A stretch of 64,000 nucleotides of DNA, from assembly GCA_945874455.1 (NCBI GenBank), contig CAMCHO010000005.1:826-64825 (forward strand), written 5' to 3'. A program made the position numbers and the translations under genes. Every line of letters begins with the position of its first letter. The first letter of the stretch is position 1. Under the pieces are notes generated by a model. That model was not told the origin of the DNA, did no database searches, and saw only the letters and a list, made by a program, of their open reading frames with translations. Positions 17,353-28,366 of this stretch are shown one piece after another. The DNA comes from Opitutus sp. GAS368. Lineage in GTDB: Bacteria > Verrucomicrobiota > Verrucomicrobiia > Opitutales > Opitutaceae.

Positions 17353-18040
17353 AGTTGTCCGAAATCTGCTCCTCTGATAGCCGACCTTGAAGTTTATGGC
17401 GCAACTTGATGCCGGCGATCTCTTCGCGGACTTGAGCGCTGAAGAGATGGAAGCGTCGTCGGACATCCAGCGTTTCGAGTAATTTTTGTTTCAAGTGCGG
17501 ATCGTCGCAGAGGCTAAAGGCGGCGATGTCGACGAAGGCCTCGGGGTCATCCACGTTTTTCAAGAAAGCGGCCAACTGCCCCGGGCCTGAGGTCCCTGTG
17601 GCGGCTAGCTTATGTTTCAACACGAGGAGCCGTGCCAGTTCTCGCCGCAGGGCTACATAGTCTTCTGTCTTGCCGGGCTCGCTGGTGAGCGCGCGCACGC
17701 GGATACGTCGGTAGGGCTCTTCAGTGATGATGTCGGCAATCTCAATGCGGCACAGTCCTTGGAGGAGGAGGTTCGAGGTGCCGTTTTCCGTTTTTTGACA
17801 GGCACGAACGATGCCGAGAGTCGCGACGCGGTGGGGTGGGTCGATCTGTCCGAGTGCACTCGATGGTCGTGCGTCGATGCCGGCGACAGCGAAGAGCCGA
17901 TTGGTGGCGAGCACATCCCGCAACATTTGGCGGTAGCGTGGCTCGAAGATAAAGAGAGGCATTAGCGCTTGCGGAAATAACGCCACGTTGGGCAACGTCA
18001 TTACTGGGATCTCTTCGGGCAGGGTGATTTCCATTTCCAT
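17351..18040 (-). CDS. LON N-terminal substrate-binding-domain protein (no protease or ATPase domain)
   Basis: The N-terminal motif LPNVALFPQALMPLFIFEPRYRQML is typical of the Lon N-domain family. The protein is only 229 aa long. Confidence 0.75.
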   Translation of the reverse strand: MEMEITLPEEIPVMTLPNVALFPQALMPLFIFEPRYRQMLRDVLATNRLFAVAGIDARPSSALGQIDPPHRVATLGIVRACQKTENGTSNLLLQGLCRIEIADIITEEPYRRIRVRALTSEPGKTEDYVALRRELARLLVLKHKLAATGTSGPGQLAAFLKNVDDPEAFVDIAAFSLCDDPHLKQKLLETLDVRRRFHLFSAQVREEIAGIKLRHKLQGRLSEEQISDN

Positions 18041-18261
18041 ATGGGCAGCGTAGGCAAAGGAAGCGGATTTTCAACTGTGACATACTGAGACACGACGCAC
18101 AAACTGGTGATGAAAAGTGAGCCACGACTGTGACACCGTGACATGCATCGACGGGGGCGGGGAAAGGTGGAAAGCGCCTTAATAATGTTTTAAATTTTGA
18201 TATTCAGTAACTAGCGACTTTTTATAAATCGAGGCACATGCACTGCTAACGGTTGGACATC

Positions 18262-20220
18262 ATGAGTCGCATTATTGGCATCGATCTAGGCACCACTAAT
18301 TCTTGTATGGCTGTGATGGAGGGCGGAGAGCCCGTCGTCATCCCTAACGCAGAAGGGGCGCGCACCACGCCTTCCGTCGTCGCGTTTACGAAAACCGGAG
18401 AGCGCTTGGTCGGGCAGGCCGCCAAGCGTCAGGCCGTAACGAATCCGCGCAATACCGTCTTCTCCGCTAAACGCCTGATCGGTCGCAAATTCACTGAGGT
18501 CAGTGCCGAGGCGAAGAACATGCCCTTCAAGGTCGTTGAAGGCAAAAATGGCGACGCCTACATTGAGGTTCAGTCGGGCGACAAGGCCGAGCAGTTCGCG
18601 CCCCAGCAAATCGCGGCCTTCGTCCTCGGAAAACTGAAGGCCGATGCCGAGGCCTATCTTGGCGAAAAGGTCACGCAGGCCGTCATTACCGTCCCTGCTT
18701 ACTTTAACGACTCCCAGCGTCAGGCGACGAAGGATGCCGGCAAGATCGCGGGCCTTGAGGTGCTGCGCATTATCAATGAGCCAACGGCGGCTTCCCTCGC
18801 GTATGGCCTCGACAAAAAGAAGGACGAGAAGATCGCGGTATTCGATTTGGGCGGTGGCACATTTGACGTGTCGGTGCTCGAAATCGGCGACGGCGTGTTC
18901 GAGGTGAAGGCGACAAACGGCGATACTCATTTGGGCGGAGACAATTGGGACGACGCGTTGATTGGCTGGTTGGTGGATAGCTTCAAAAAAGAAAACGGCA
19001 TCGACCTGCGCAAAGATCCGATGGCGCTGCAGCGACTTAAGGAAGAGGCCGAAAAGGCTAAAATTGCGCTCTCCTCCACGCAGTCCGTTGATATCAACCT
19101 TCCCTTCATCACGGCTGACGCCTCCGGCCCTAAGCACCTCAACGTGCAGCTCAGTCGTGGGAAGATGGAGCAAATCTGCGAGTCACTTTTCGAACGCTGC
19201 CTCCAGCCTTTCAAGAGCTGTCTCAAGGACGCCGAGCTCACCTCAGCCCAGATCGACGAGCTCGTCTTGGTCGGCGGCATGACCCGCATGCCCAAGGTCG
19301 TAGATATTGCGAGGCAACTCGGCGGTAAGCCCCCCCATCAAGGCGTAAATCCTGACGAGGTCGTTGCTATTGGCGCGGCGGTCCAGGGCGGCGTCCTCAA
19401 AGGCGACGTTCGCGATGTGCTCCTCCTCGACGTCACTCCCCTCACGCTCGGTATCGAGACGGCGGGACAAGTTGCGACGGCGATGATTCCACGCAACACG
19501 ACGATTCCTTCGAAAAAGACCCAGACCTTTTCCACTTACAGCGACAGTCAGCCGTCCGTCGAGATTGTCGTGCTGCAAGGCGAGCGCCCGATGTCCCGGG
19601 ATAATAAAGTTCTCGGAACCTTCCGTCTGGATGGCATCCCGCCCGCCCCTCGTGGCGCGCCGCAGATCGAGGTTACCTTCGACATCGATGCGAATGGCAT
19701 TCTGCACGTTTCAGCGAAAGACCTTGGCACGGGCAAGGACCAGAAGATCACCATCCAAGGTTCATCCGGTCTTTCGAAAGACGAAGTTGAGAAGATGACC
19801 AAGGAAGCCGAGCTTCACGCCGAAGAAGACCGCAAGCGCAAGGAAGCCGTCGAGACGAAGAACCAGCTTGATACGACGATCTACCAACTCGAAAAGACTT
19901 TGAAAGATAGCGGAGACAAGATCCCCGCCGAAATGAAGTCCAAGTTTGAGGCTGCGCTCGCGGAAGCAAAAAAGGATCTCGAAAGCAACGATCCCGCCCG
20001 CATGAAATCAGCGATGGAGAAGCTCACCGCCATCGGAGGCGAGCTCTACGCCGAAGCCGCCAAAGGAACTCAGGCAGCGGGCGGTCCGGCCGATGCCAGC
20101 GGCCCCGGGGCCACTGCGGCAGGTGAGGCGAAGCCCGACGGTTCGGCGAAAAAATCCGAGAAGAAAGCAGACGTCGTCGATGCCGATTTTGAGGTCGTAG
20201 ACGATCCGAAGAAAAAATAA
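18262..20220 (+). CDS. dnaK: Molecular chaperone DnaK (Hsp70)
   Basis: It shows [21 protein letters not shown] and [11 protein letters not shown] place the start at ATG 18262 inside ORF 18253. Confidence 0.97.
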   Translation: MSRIIGIDLGTTNSCMAVMEGGEPVVIPNAEGARTTPSVVAFTKTGERLVGQAAKRQAVTNPRNTVFSAKRLIGRKFTEVSAEAKNMPFKVVEGKNGDAYIEVQSGDKAEQFAPQQIAAFVLGKLKADAEAYLGEKVTQAVITVPAYFNDSQRQATKDAGKIAGLEVLRIINEPTAASLAYGLDKKKDEKIAVFDLGGGTFDVSVLEIGDGVFEVKATNGDTHLGGDNWDDALIGWLVDSFKKENGIDLRKDPMALQRLKEEAEKAKIALSSTQSVDINLPFITADASGPKHLNVQLSRGKMEQICESLFERCLQPFKSCLKDAELTSAQIDELVLVGGMTRMPKVVDIARQLGGKPPHQGVNPDEVVAIGAAVQGGVLKGDVRDVLLLDVTPLTLGIETAGQVATAMIPRNTTIPSKKTQTFSTYSDSQPSVEIVVLQGERPMSRDNKVLGTFRLDGIPPAPRGAPQIEVTFDIDANGILHVSAKDLGTGKDQKITIQGSSGLSKDEVEKMTKEAELHAEEDRKRKEAVETKNQLDTTIYQLEKTLKDSGDKIPAEMKSKFEAALAEAKKDLESNDPARMKSAMEKLTAIGGELYAEAAKGTQAAGGPADASGPGATAAGEAKPDGSAKKSEKKADVVDADFEVVDDPKKK

Positions 20221-20235
20221 CTTTCAATCCGATGC

Positions 20236-20265
20236 GCGACCGCTGCGACAATTCGCGGCGGTTGC
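20236..20265 (+). terminator. 12-bp stem hairpin between dnaK and groES, without a U-tract (possible attenuator or processing site)
   Basis: GCGACCGCTGCG-ACAATT-CGCGGCGGTTGC pairs with two G-U wobble pairs. No T-run follows it. Confidence 0.3.
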
Positions 20266-20322
20266 ACTTGGTCGAAAACCCACAAAACAACCGTCTCTAG
20301 TCCAGAAATAACCCAACCACAT

Positions 20323-20619
20323 ATGGCTAACGTCAAAATCAAACCCATCGGTGATCGTGTTCTCGTTGAGCACATCGAAGAAAAAGAACAAGTCCGCGGC
20401 GGAATCATCATTCCGGACAGCGCCAAAGAAAAGCCGCAGGAGGCTAAAGTCATCGCCCTCGGCACCGGAAAAAAAGGTGAAGACGGTAAGGTCAGCGCCT
20501 TCGAAGTCAAAGTCGGCGACCGCGTGCTCATCAGCAAATACGGCGGCACCGAAGTGAAGCTCGACGAGAAAAAGTACACCCTCGTTCGCGAGGATGATAT
20601 CCTCGGTATCATCGGTTAA
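20323..20619 (+). CDS. groES: Co-chaperonin GroES
   Basis: It is 98 aa long and shows [10 protein letters not shown] and [18 protein letters not shown]. Confidence 0.97.
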   Translation: MANVKIKPIGDRVLVEHIEEKEQVRGGIIIPDSAKEKPQEAKVIALGTGKKGEDGKVSAFEVKVGDRVLISKYGGTEVKLDEKKYTLVREDDILGIIG

Positions 20620-20665
20620 TCGCTACGCCACCCAACTCTCAATCCTCAACTAAGAATTTATACAC

Positions 20666-22300
20666 ATGGCCGCTAAACAACTCATCTTCGACGAGACCGC
20701 TCGTCAGAAAATCCTCCGTGGCGTCGAGCTCCTCTCGCGCGCGGTGAAAGTCACCCTTGGACCCAAGGGCCGCAACGTCGTCATCGACAAAAAATTCGGA
20801 TCGCCGACCGTCACCAAGGACGGCGTGACCGTCGCCAAAGAGATCGAGCTCCCAGATCCCTATGAGAACATGGGTGCTCAAATGGTAAAGGAAGTCGCCT
20901 CCAAGACCTCCGACGCTGCCGGTGACGGCACGACCACCGCGACCGTACTCGCCGAGGGTATCTACCGCGAGGGTCTCAAGAACGTGACTGCCGGTTCCAA
21001 CCCTATCTTCCTCAAGCGCGGTATCGACAAGGCCGTCGAGGCCGCCGTTAAGGAACTCGCCCGCGTTTCCAAGAAGGTCAATGACCGCGAGGAAATCCGC
21101 CAAGTCGCCACCGTTTCCGCCAACTGGGACGAGACGATCGGCAACATCATTGCTGACGCCATGGACAAGGTCGGCAAAGACGGCACCATCACCGTTGAAG
21201 AGGCAAAGTCCATCGAGACCACCCTCGACGTCGTCGAAGGTATGCAGTTCGACAAGGGCTATCTTTCCCCCTACTTCACGACCAACACCGAGGCCCAGGA
21301 GGCCGTCCTCGAGGACGCCTATGTGTTGATCCACGAAAAGAAGATTTCGAACCTCCAAGAGTTCCTTCCCCTGCTCCAAGTTGTCGCCAAGAGCGGCAAG
21401 CCCCTCCTCGTCATCGCTGAGGAAGTTGAAGGCGAAGCTCTCGCGGCCCTCGTCGTTAACAAGATCCGCGGCACGATCAACGTGTGCGCCGTCAAGGCTC
21501 CTGGCTTCGGTGATCGCCGCAAGGCTATGCTCGAAGACATCGCTGTCCTCACCGGTGGCAAGTGCATCACCGACGATCTCGGCCTCAAGCTCGAGAGCCT
21601 CACCATCGCCGACCTCGGCCGCGCCAAGCGGATCGTCGTCGACAAGGAGAACACCACCATCATCGAAGGCTCTGGAAAATCTTCCGATATCCAAGGCCGC
21701 GTGAAGCAAATCCGTCGCCAGATCGACGAGACCACTTCCGACTATGATCGTGAGAAGCTCCAGGAGCGTCTCGCCAAGTTGGCCGGCGGCGTCGCCGTCA
21801 TCAACGTCGGTGCCTCCACCGAAGTTGAGATGAAGGAAAAGAAGGCCCGCGTCGAAGACGCTCTCCACGCCACCCGCGCTGCGGTGGAAGAGGGTATCGT
21901 CGCCGGCGGCGGCGTCGCGCTGCTCCGCACTGCGAAGGTCATCGATGCTCTCGTCCTCGAGGGCGATGAGAAGATCGGTTCCCAGATCGTGCGTCGCGCG
22001 ATCGAGCACCCGATCCGCATGCTCTGCCAAAACGCTGGCGTTGAAGGCGCGGTGGTTGTGGGCGAAGTCCTCGCAGCCAAGGGCAACCAAGGCTACAATG
22101 TTGCCACCGAAAAGTATGAGGACCTCGTGAAGGCCGGCGTGGTTGACCCGACTAAGGTCACCCGCACTGCGCTGCAGAACGCAGCATCGATCGCCGGCTT
22201 GCTGCTGACGACCGAGTGCATGATCACCGAGATCCCAGAGAAGAAAGAAGCGCCTGCTGGCGGTGGCCACGGTCACGGCGGCGGCGGCATGGACTACTAA
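20666..22300 (+). CDS. groEL: Chaperonin GroEL
   Basis: It shows [19 protein letters not shown] and a C-terminal [13 protein letters not shown] tail. Confidence 0.98.
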   Translation: MAAKQLIFDETARQKILRGVELLSRAVKVTLGPKGRNVVIDKKFGSPTVTKDGVTVAKEIELPDPYENMGAQMVKEVASKTSDAAGDGTTTATVLAEGIYREGLKNVTAGSNPIFLKRGIDKAVEAAVKELARVSKKVNDREEIRQVATVSANWDETIGNIIADAMDKVGKDGTITVEEAKSIETTLDVVEGMQFDKGYLSPYFTTNTEAQEAVLEDAYVLIHEKKISNLQEFLPLLQVVAKSGKPLLVIAEEVEGEALAALVVNKIRGTINVCAVKAPGFGDRRKAMLEDIAVLTGGKCITDDLGLKLESLTIADLGRAKRIVVDKENTTIIEGSGKSSDIQGRVKQIRRQIDETTSDYDREKLQERLAKLAGGVAVINVGASTEVEMKEKKARVEDALHATRAAVEEGIVAGGGVALLRTAKVIDALVLEGDEKIGSQIVRRAIEHPIRMLCQNAGVEGAVVVGEVLAAKGNQGYNVATEKYEDLVKAGVVDPTKVTRTALQNAASIAGLLLTTECMITEIPEKKEAPAGGGHGHGGGGMDY

Positions 22301-22340
22301 GCAAAACTCCCGCGCGGATACGGATCCGCACGTTCTTGAA

Positions 22341-22375
22341 AAGGCGCATCGCGAAAGCGGTGCGCCTTTTTTTTA
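22341..22375 (+). terminator. Rho-independent terminator after groEL
   Basis: The stem AAGGCGCA/TGCGCCTT has a 12-nt loop and is followed by a T-run. Confidence 0.8.
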
Positions 22376-22666
22376 TTTCCAATAGGTCCAGGACCCCGAG
22401 GCTTGCCGAGGCGCGGTGTGAGCGTGCTGAAGCGAACGCGCTCGCGCGATGGACGAATGAATCGCGAGCGAGCTCCGCTCCCACGCCACCGCTACGCAAG
22501 TGCGGCCGCGAGGTGATCGCGGAGGACGGACTGTTCGTCACGGCTGCGTTGATCGCATGGCTGTATCCGAATGCTGATTGCGTGGGGATCGCGCAGGGAG
22601 CTGGCCCGACGCACGCAGGTACAGCCCCGCCTCGACTTCCGCGGTTTCGCCGGTTCAGTTGGCGCG

Positions 22667-23446
22667 ATGGAAGTGGTATTTCTTGGTACTGGCACGTCGC
22701 AGGGCGTCCCGATGATCGCGTGCGATTGTTCGGTCTGCACCTCCGGCGATCCGCGCAACCGTCGGACGCGCGCAGCGGTGCACGTCGTCATGGACGGGTT
22801 GCACGTGCAGGTCGACGCGCCGCCTGAGTTCCGCCTCCAGTGCGTCCGCGAGAATATCCGCCGCCTCGACGTCTTTATTCTTACCCATGGGCACGCCGAT
22901 CACATTGCGGGAATGGATGATCTTCGCCGCTTCTGCGATTTGATCGGAGGCTCCGCCCTGGACGTTTACACGACGGAGGAGGGTATGAGTCGGGTGCGCG
23001 CGATGTATCCCTATGCGATGGCGGAACGGCCGATCGCGCGGGGCTACGCGGCTTTTAAACTCGTCGATATGCCGCCCCTTCTAGAACTGCCCCAAGGGAC
23101 GATTCGCTCGACCCTTTTGCCGCACGGCGGAATCAACACCCTCGGCTTGGTCTTCACCGAGCGCAGCAGTGGGAAGCGCGTTGTCTATTATACGGATTGC
23201 AAACGCGTGCCCAGCGAGGCCGTCGAGTTAGCGCGCGGGGCGGACGTCGTGATCCTCGACGGCCTGCGACCCGAGCCGCATCGCTCCCACCTTTCCATCG
23301 CCGAGGCCTGCGCGGTCGCCAGGGAAATCGGGAGTGCCGAGACGTGGCTGACGCACCTGACGCATCTGACCGATCACGGTCCGGACGGGGCGTTGCTCCC
23401 GAGCGGCGTTAAGTTCGCTTACGACGGTTTGCGCCTCCGGCTCTGA
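22667..23446 (+). CDS. MBL-fold metallo-hydrolase (PhnP/GPMI-like)
   Basis: I place the start at MEVVFLGTGTSQGVP. A CDCSVC zinc-knuckle-like insert and the ILTHGHADH motif are present. Confidence 0.75.
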   Translation: MEVVFLGTGTSQGVPMIACDCSVCTSGDPRNRRTRAAVHVVMDGLHVQVDAPPEFRLQCVRENIRRLDVFILTHGHADHIAGMDDLRRFCDLIGGSALDVYTTEEGMSRVRAMYPYAMAERPIARGYAAFKLVDMPPLLELPQGTIRSTLLPHGGINTLGLVFTERSSGKRVVYYTDCKRVPSEAVELARGADVVILDGLRPEPHRSHLSIAEACAVAREIGSAETWLTHLTHLTDHGPDGALLPSGVKFAYDGLRLRL

Positions 23447-23589
23447 GGTGTGTCGCAGTGAGCTTTTTTCGGTTGCCTGCACGGTGTCACGCGGGATTGC
23501 CGTCCGCTTTTCGTTGCTGCTGTGGAACTCGGGCTTGTCACACGCGTCCTTCGCGCCTGCTCTTAACCCTTCCGTTTTTCTCTCACGTC

Positions 23590-26500
23590 ATGAATCGCCT
23601 GAAACTCACTCTCGTTATCGTCGGCGGCTTGGCCGCGCTCGTCTTGGTCATGGTGATGCTCGCATTCACCCCTGCGGTCCAAACATGGGCCGTGCGGCGG
23701 GCGCTGACCGGACAACCCGGCCTGACGATGGCGGTGGGCAATGTCGCCGCTGGCCTGACGTCGACAGAGCTCTGCGATGTGCGGGTCGAGCAGGACGGCG
23801 TGATCATCGTCGCTCAGCAAGTGAGTGCTACGTATTCGGCGATGGACTACATCTCTGGCCGTCGTATCACCATCGAAAACGTCGCCGTGAAGGGACTCGA
23901 CATCGATGCGCGCAAGCCCACTCCGCAGCAATCGACGGCACCAGCGCAGGTCGCGCTCGCGCCTTTCGCTGGCATCTTAAATTCAATCAAGCTTCCGGGG
24001 GAATTGAGCTTAGGCCGACTCGACGTCGACGCGAAGGTGCAACTGCCGGGCAACCAAAGTGCCACGCTGATCTTGTCCGGTGGTGGGCTGAAGCCGGGCA
24101 AGTTTGCCACGATCACGTGGAAAGCGGCCTTTTCCGATGGGGGTAAGGGAGCCCCGCTGACCGCCGCGCAAGCCGCGGGCGAAATCAAGCTTCGGACTAC
24201 GGCCGACCTCCGCGTCGATGCGGTGGAGATTTCTGGCGATGCCAGTGCGACGGGGCCGAGTCTCCCGAGCGATCGGGTCAAGGTTGAGGTGAAGCTGGCG
24301 CAGGTGGACGCCACGTCCGGCGAGACTATTTCAGTCCGCGTCGGGCTCGTCCGCGGAGCGAACGTGGAGCCGCTTTTCACTACCCAAGTCGCCTACGCTG
24401 CAGGAAAGCCCACTCTGAGCGGCACGTGGGGGCTGGCGGTCCGCAGCGAACAACTCGCCGCGGTGTTGAGCGGCTTCGGCTTGCCCGAGGTCGCGTTGGC
24501 GGGGGAGGGGAGTTTTACTTTTAATCTTGAGACGAGCGCCGCCACGGCTGCCGGCACGCTGAATGGCCAAGTTTCCAAACTCGAAAAACTCGGAGCCGAA
24601 CTGGCGGCGATCGGAACTTTACAGATCCGAGCCGCGTTCGACGGTGGCAGCGGCAAAGATTCCGCGCAGCTCGGTAAACTCGAGTTTGCAGTGGCCGCCC
24701 CCGACGGACGAACGTTCGTCACTGTCGCCGCGCAGCAAAAGCTCTCGTTTACGTTCAAAGACCAACGCCTCACCGCCGAGCGACCCGGGGCCGAACTCCT
24801 GCGCGTCGCATTGATCGGCGTACCGCTCGCCTGGGCCCAACCCGTCCTGAAACCTCGCACGATCACCAGTGGAGAACTGGCCGGCGTGTTCGTGGTCGGT
24901 GCCGAGCTTGATGGTAGCCGCGTAAAGCTGAGCACGGTCGAGCCGCTCACGTTGCGTTCGGTGACGGTCCGCGAGGGCCAGAAAATCCTGGTTGATCGGG
25001 TTACGGTGGCGTTGAGTCCGCGCGTCGATTACTCGGCGGCGCGCATCGTGGCCGAGTTGGAAAAAATCTCGGTCTCGACGGGCGACGGTGATTCGCTCGC
25101 CGGCTCCGTATCCGCCGATTTGCTGACCGGGCCGAAGCCAGCCACTGCGTTTTCGGCGCAACTTGAGGGCAAGATTGCTGCGCTGGTGAAACCTTATTTG
25201 CCCGCCGAAGTCGGGCCGCTCACGCTCGCGCTCAAGGCCCAAGGGCGACTGGAGGGCAACGCACTCCAGCTCTCGGCACTCAAGCTCCAGATCGATCGAG
25301 AGGGCGGGGTGGTGCTTGCCGCCGTCGATGCGCTCCAACCGCTCGCCCTCGATGTTTCGACGAAGAAAATCTCCGCGCCCCAAGCCGCCGCGCCTGCCGC
25401 GCGCGTTCGCTGGGGTGAGATCCCTCTCGGGTGGGTCGAGCCCTACGTCGCGCAGTCGAAAATGTCGGGCCAGCTCGTGGCTGGGTCGCTCGAGATCACG
25501 CTCCCCGGAGGCGAAGCGATCGGCGTCCGTGCGACCGAGAAAATTGCCACGCGCAACATGAGTGTGGCGATGAACGGTCAGGACTATCTTCGCGGGGCAG
25601 ATTTCGCGACGGATCTGAATGCGACGTGGACGGGCACCACGCTCACCGCCGCGATTCGCCAACTGGAGCTGCGCCAAGGCTCGGTGGCGGTCGTGTCCGT
25701 GTCCGTCGCTGGTGACGTGACACCCGGGAAAGCGCTGCGCGCGACCGGCAAGGGTACTGTTAGCGCCGATTTCGCCGCGCTCGCAAAACAGCCGGTGCTC
25801 GCGGCTCACTTGCCGCTGCTGCGGGGAAATGTGAACGTGACATTCGATGGTGCCATGGCGGACGGAGTGACGGGAAAGGTTTCCCTTTCAGCGCAGAATC
25901 TCGTCGCGCGCGAAGGTGCACTCGCGCTTGGCGCCATGGACCTCGCGATCGATGCCAAGCTCGACGCCACCCATTCCGGCACTGTGCGCAACACGCTCAT
26001 CGTGACCAAGGACGGACGGAAATCCGATATCACGCTCGACGGAAAAGTCGGCGTAAAGCCCGGAGCAATTTCCTTCGAAGGTCGTGTGACTGGCGATCAG
26101 CTGATCGTAGACGACCTGCAGGCATTCGCCGCGCTCGGTGCCCAGGGGCCATCATCCGCCGCCTCCGTCGTGAAGTCTGCCGCGCTCACGCCGGCACCTG
26201 CTCCGCGCCGGAGCGTCGCGGCACCGGCCGCACCAGCGTCGAAATTGACCGGTCCGATCAAAGACACTGCGCCGGTTTGGGCCGGCTTCGCCGGGCGGGT
26301 GGATCTCAACATCAAGGCGATCAAGCTCGATGCCGCCACGACGCTCGGAGATCTGCGCGGTGCGTTGGCCATCCGTGAAGATCGCCTCGCGGTGGAAACT
26401 GTTTCTGGAAAACTGAACGGCAATCCCTTCAAGATTTCGACGCTCCTCTCATTCGACGGGAAGTTGGCGCGTCCCTATGCACTCGCTGGCACCGTGGAGA

Positions 26501-27162
26501 TTCCTGGTTTCGACGTCGGCGCTTTCCTCCGGAAAGCGGATGCATCGGCGCCACCCGCTCTGGAGACGACCTTCACGATTGCGAGCAAGTTCAATGGCAC
26601 GGCGGCGAATCTCCCGGAGTTTGCCGACCGGATTCAGGGGCAGCTCGATTTCAAAGGATCGAAAGGTATTCTGCGGGCGCTGAACAAAAAATCCGAGTCG
26701 GCATCGTTGGGTATCGGCCTAGCTGGACTAGGAGCCGCGTTATTGGGCCAACAAAAGCTGGCTGCGGGTCTCAATAGTGCCGCCGAACTCGCCCAACTTT
26801 TGAAGGATATGCCTTTTGACGGTATCGAGGTACAGGTCGAGCGTGGTGCCGACGCCGCGATTGTAGTGAAGTCCATCGAGGTGCTCTCGCCCATGATGAG
26901 ACTCACCGGCACCGGTCGCATTGACGCGAAGCCAGGCGTGCCTTTTGCCACCAGCCCGTTAGCGCTCAATCTTCAGCTCGCCGCCAAGGGGCAACTCGCC
27001 AACGGCCTCAACCAAGCGCGCCAGCTCGACGGAAAAACCGACGCCAAGGGTTACTATCTGATGGCGACGCCGTTCGCGCTGGCCGGCACGGTCGACAAGC
27101 CTGATTCGTCGGATTTCTGGAAGAATCTGACTTTGAATACCGCTGGTGGTTTCCTGCGGTAA
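23590..27162 (+). CDS. Large AsmA/TamB-like envelope protein (N-terminal membrane anchor)
   Basis: I place the start at MNRLKLTLVIVGGLAALVLVMVML (a single TM helix). About 1190 aa of Ala/Gly/Thr/Val-rich beta-type sequence follows. The family call rests on architecture only. Confidence 0.5.
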   Translation: MNRLKLTLVIVGGLAALVLVMVMLAFTPAVQTWAVRRALTGQPGLTMAVGNVAAGLTSTELCDVRVEQDGVIIVAQQVSATYSAMDYISGRRITIENVAVKGLDIDARKPTPQQSTAPAQVALAPFAGILNSIKLPGELSLGRLDVDAKVQLPGNQSATLILSGGGLKPGKFATITWKAAFSDGGKGAPLTAAQAAGEIKLRTTADLRVDAVEISGDASATGPSLPSDRVKVEVKLAQVDATSGETISVRVGLVRGANVEPLFTTQVAYAAGKPTLSGTWGLAVRSEQLAAVLSGFGLPEVALAGEGSFTFNLETSAATAAGTLNGQVSKLEKLGAELAAIGTLQIRAAFDGGSGKDSAQLGKLEFAVAAPDGRTFVTVAAQQKLSFTFKDQRLTAERPGAELLRVALIGVPLAWAQPVLKPRTITSGELAGVFVVGAELDGSRVKLSTVEPLTLRSVTVREGQKILVDRVTVALSPRVDYSAARIVAELEKISVSTGDGDSLAGSVSADLLTGPKPATAFSAQLEGKIAALVKPYLPAEVGPLTLALKAQGRLEGNALQLSALKLQIDREGGVVLAAVDALQPLALDVSTKKISAPQAAAPAARVRWGEIPLGWVEPYVAQSKMSGQLVAGSLEITLPGGEAIGVRATEKIATRNMSVAMNGQDYLRGADFATDLNATWTGTTLTAAIRQLELRQGSVAVVSVSVAGDVTPGKALRATGKGTVSADFAALAKQPVLAAHLPLLRGNVNVTFDGAMADGVTGKVSLSAQNLVAREGALALGAMDLAIDAKLDATHSGTVRNTLIVTKDGRKSDITLDGKVGVKPGAISFEGRVTGDQLIVDDLQAFAALGAQGPSSAASVVKSAALTPAPAPRRSVAAPAAPASKLTGPIKDTAPVWAGFAGRVDLNIKAIKLDAATTLGDLRGALAIREDRLAVETVSGKLNGNPFKISTLLSFDGKLARPYALAGTVEIPGFDVGAFLRKADASAPPALETTFTIASKFNGTAANLPEFADRIQGQLDFKGSKGILRALNKKSESASLGIGLAGLGAALLGQQKLAAGLNSAAELAQLLKDMPFDGIEVQVERGADAAIVVKSIEVLSPMMRLTGTGRIDAKPGVPFATSPLALNLQLAAKGQLANGLNQARQLDGKTDAKGYYLMATPFALAGTVDKPDSSDFWKNLTLNTAGGFLR

Positions 27163-27296
27163 CCCGCAGGAAAATGTGGGCGGCAACGGATGCGCCCAAT
27201 CAACGCACTCGCGCGTGCAGGGTATTTATGCCACGTTTTTGAGCCGCGTCGCTGTGGGCAACCTGCTCCATTGGCTGCGAATCATTCCTCCCCATC

Positions 27297-28289
27297 ATGG
27301 CTAAAATCTACAACGACATCACTGAAACGATCGGCAACACCCCCCTCGTGCGCCTCAATCGCACGGCTGCCGCGCACGGAGCGCAGGCAGAAATCCTCCT
27401 GAAGCTTGAGTTTTTCAATCCGCTTTCGTCCATCAAGGACCGCATCGGCCACGCGATGATCGAAGACGGGATTCGCTCCGGTAAAATTACGAAGGACACC
27501 GTCCTCATCGAGCCGACCTCGGGCAATACCGGTATCGCGCTTGCCTTCGTCGCCGCCGCGAAAGGGATCAAGCTGATCCTCACGATGCCGGAAACGATGA
27601 CCGTCGAACGTCGCAAGATGCTCAAGATCCTCGGTGCGCGTGTGGTGCTTACGGAAGGACTGAAAGGCATGAAAGGTGCCATTGCGAAGGCCGAGGAGCT
27701 CGCCGCCAAAATTCCGCATGGTCTGATTCTCCAGCAATTCTCGAATCCAGCGAATCCGGCGGTGCACCGCCGGACGACCGCCGAGGAGATTTGGCGCGAT
27801 ACCGACGGCAAGGTCGACATCGTCGTGTCGGGTATCGGCACGGGTGGTACCATCACGGGCATCGGTGAAGTGCTGAAGGCCCGGAAGCCGGCGGTGAAGA
27901 TCGTCGCGGTCGAGCCGGATGCTTCACCAGTGCTGTCCGGCGGCGCCCCCGGCCCTCATAAATTGCAGGGAATTGGAGCGGGATTTGTCCCCGCCGTGTT
28001 GAACACCAAGATTTACGATGAAGTCATCCGCGTTAAAGAAGCGGACTCCGGTCCGGTATCGAAGCAGGTGAATTCGCTGGATGGTATCGCCGTAGGCATT
28101 TCGTCCGGTGCCGCGGTCTGGGCGGCCCTGCAGTTGGCCAAGCGTCCGGAAAACAAAGGCAAACAGATCGTCGTGATTATTGCTTCGAGCAGCGAGCGCT
28201 ACCTCTCGTCGTGGCTCTTCGCCGACGTGAGCGCCGAGAGCGATTCGCTCGACGACCTTTTCCCGGTAGTGGCGGCACCGACGACGTGA
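27297..28289 (+). CDS. cysK: Cysteine synthase A (O-acetylserine sulfhydrylase)
   Basis: It shows [12 protein letters not shown], the PLP-lysine motif [11 protein letters not shown], and [10 protein letters not shown]. Confidence 0.9.
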   Translation: MAKIYNDITETIGNTPLVRLNRTAAAHGAQAEILLKLEFFNPLSSIKDRIGHAMIEDGIRSGKITKDTVLIEPTSGNTGIALAFVAAAKGIKLILTMPETMTVERRKMLKILGARVVLTEGLKGMKGAIAKAEELAAKIPHGLILQQFSNPANPAVHRRTTAEEIWRDTDGKVDIVVSGIGTGGTITGIGEVLKARKPAVKIVAVEPDASPVLSGGAPGPHKLQGIGAGFVPAVLNTKIYDEVIRVKEADSGPVSKQVNSLDGIAVGISSGAAVWAALQLAKRPENKGKQIVVIIASSSERYLSSWLFADVSAESDSLDDLFPVVAAPTT

Positions 28290-28334
28290 TGGGATGATCG
28301 GCCCGAGACGCGCTGGCGATCCGGACCGAGACTT

Positions 28335-28366
28335 AGGCGGGCCGCTGCGGCGGCCCGTCTTTTTTA
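28335..28366. terminator. Hairpin plus T-run between convergent cysK and ctaG
   Basis: The stem is GGGCCGC-TGCG-GCGGCCC, extended by flanking pairs, and is followed by TTTTT. Confidence 0.7.

Noticed and set aside
18225-18252. CACTGCTAA upstream of dnaK as a possible CIRCE half-site
   Set aside because: It matches the GAGTGCTAA half at only about 7 of 9 positions. No complementary TTAGCACTC half lies at the required 9-nt spacing.
20639-22276. 545-aa ORF on the minus strand
   Set aside because: It is the exact antisense of groEL. Its sequence is Asp/Gly/Leu/Ala-rich with no motifs. The groEL call is unambiguous.
22216-22827. 203-aa plus-strand ORF spanning the 3' end of groEL, the terminator and the 5' end of the MBL gene
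   Set aside because: It crosses a strong intrinsic terminator and overlaps two confident genes out of frame. Its composition is Arg/Ala-rich.
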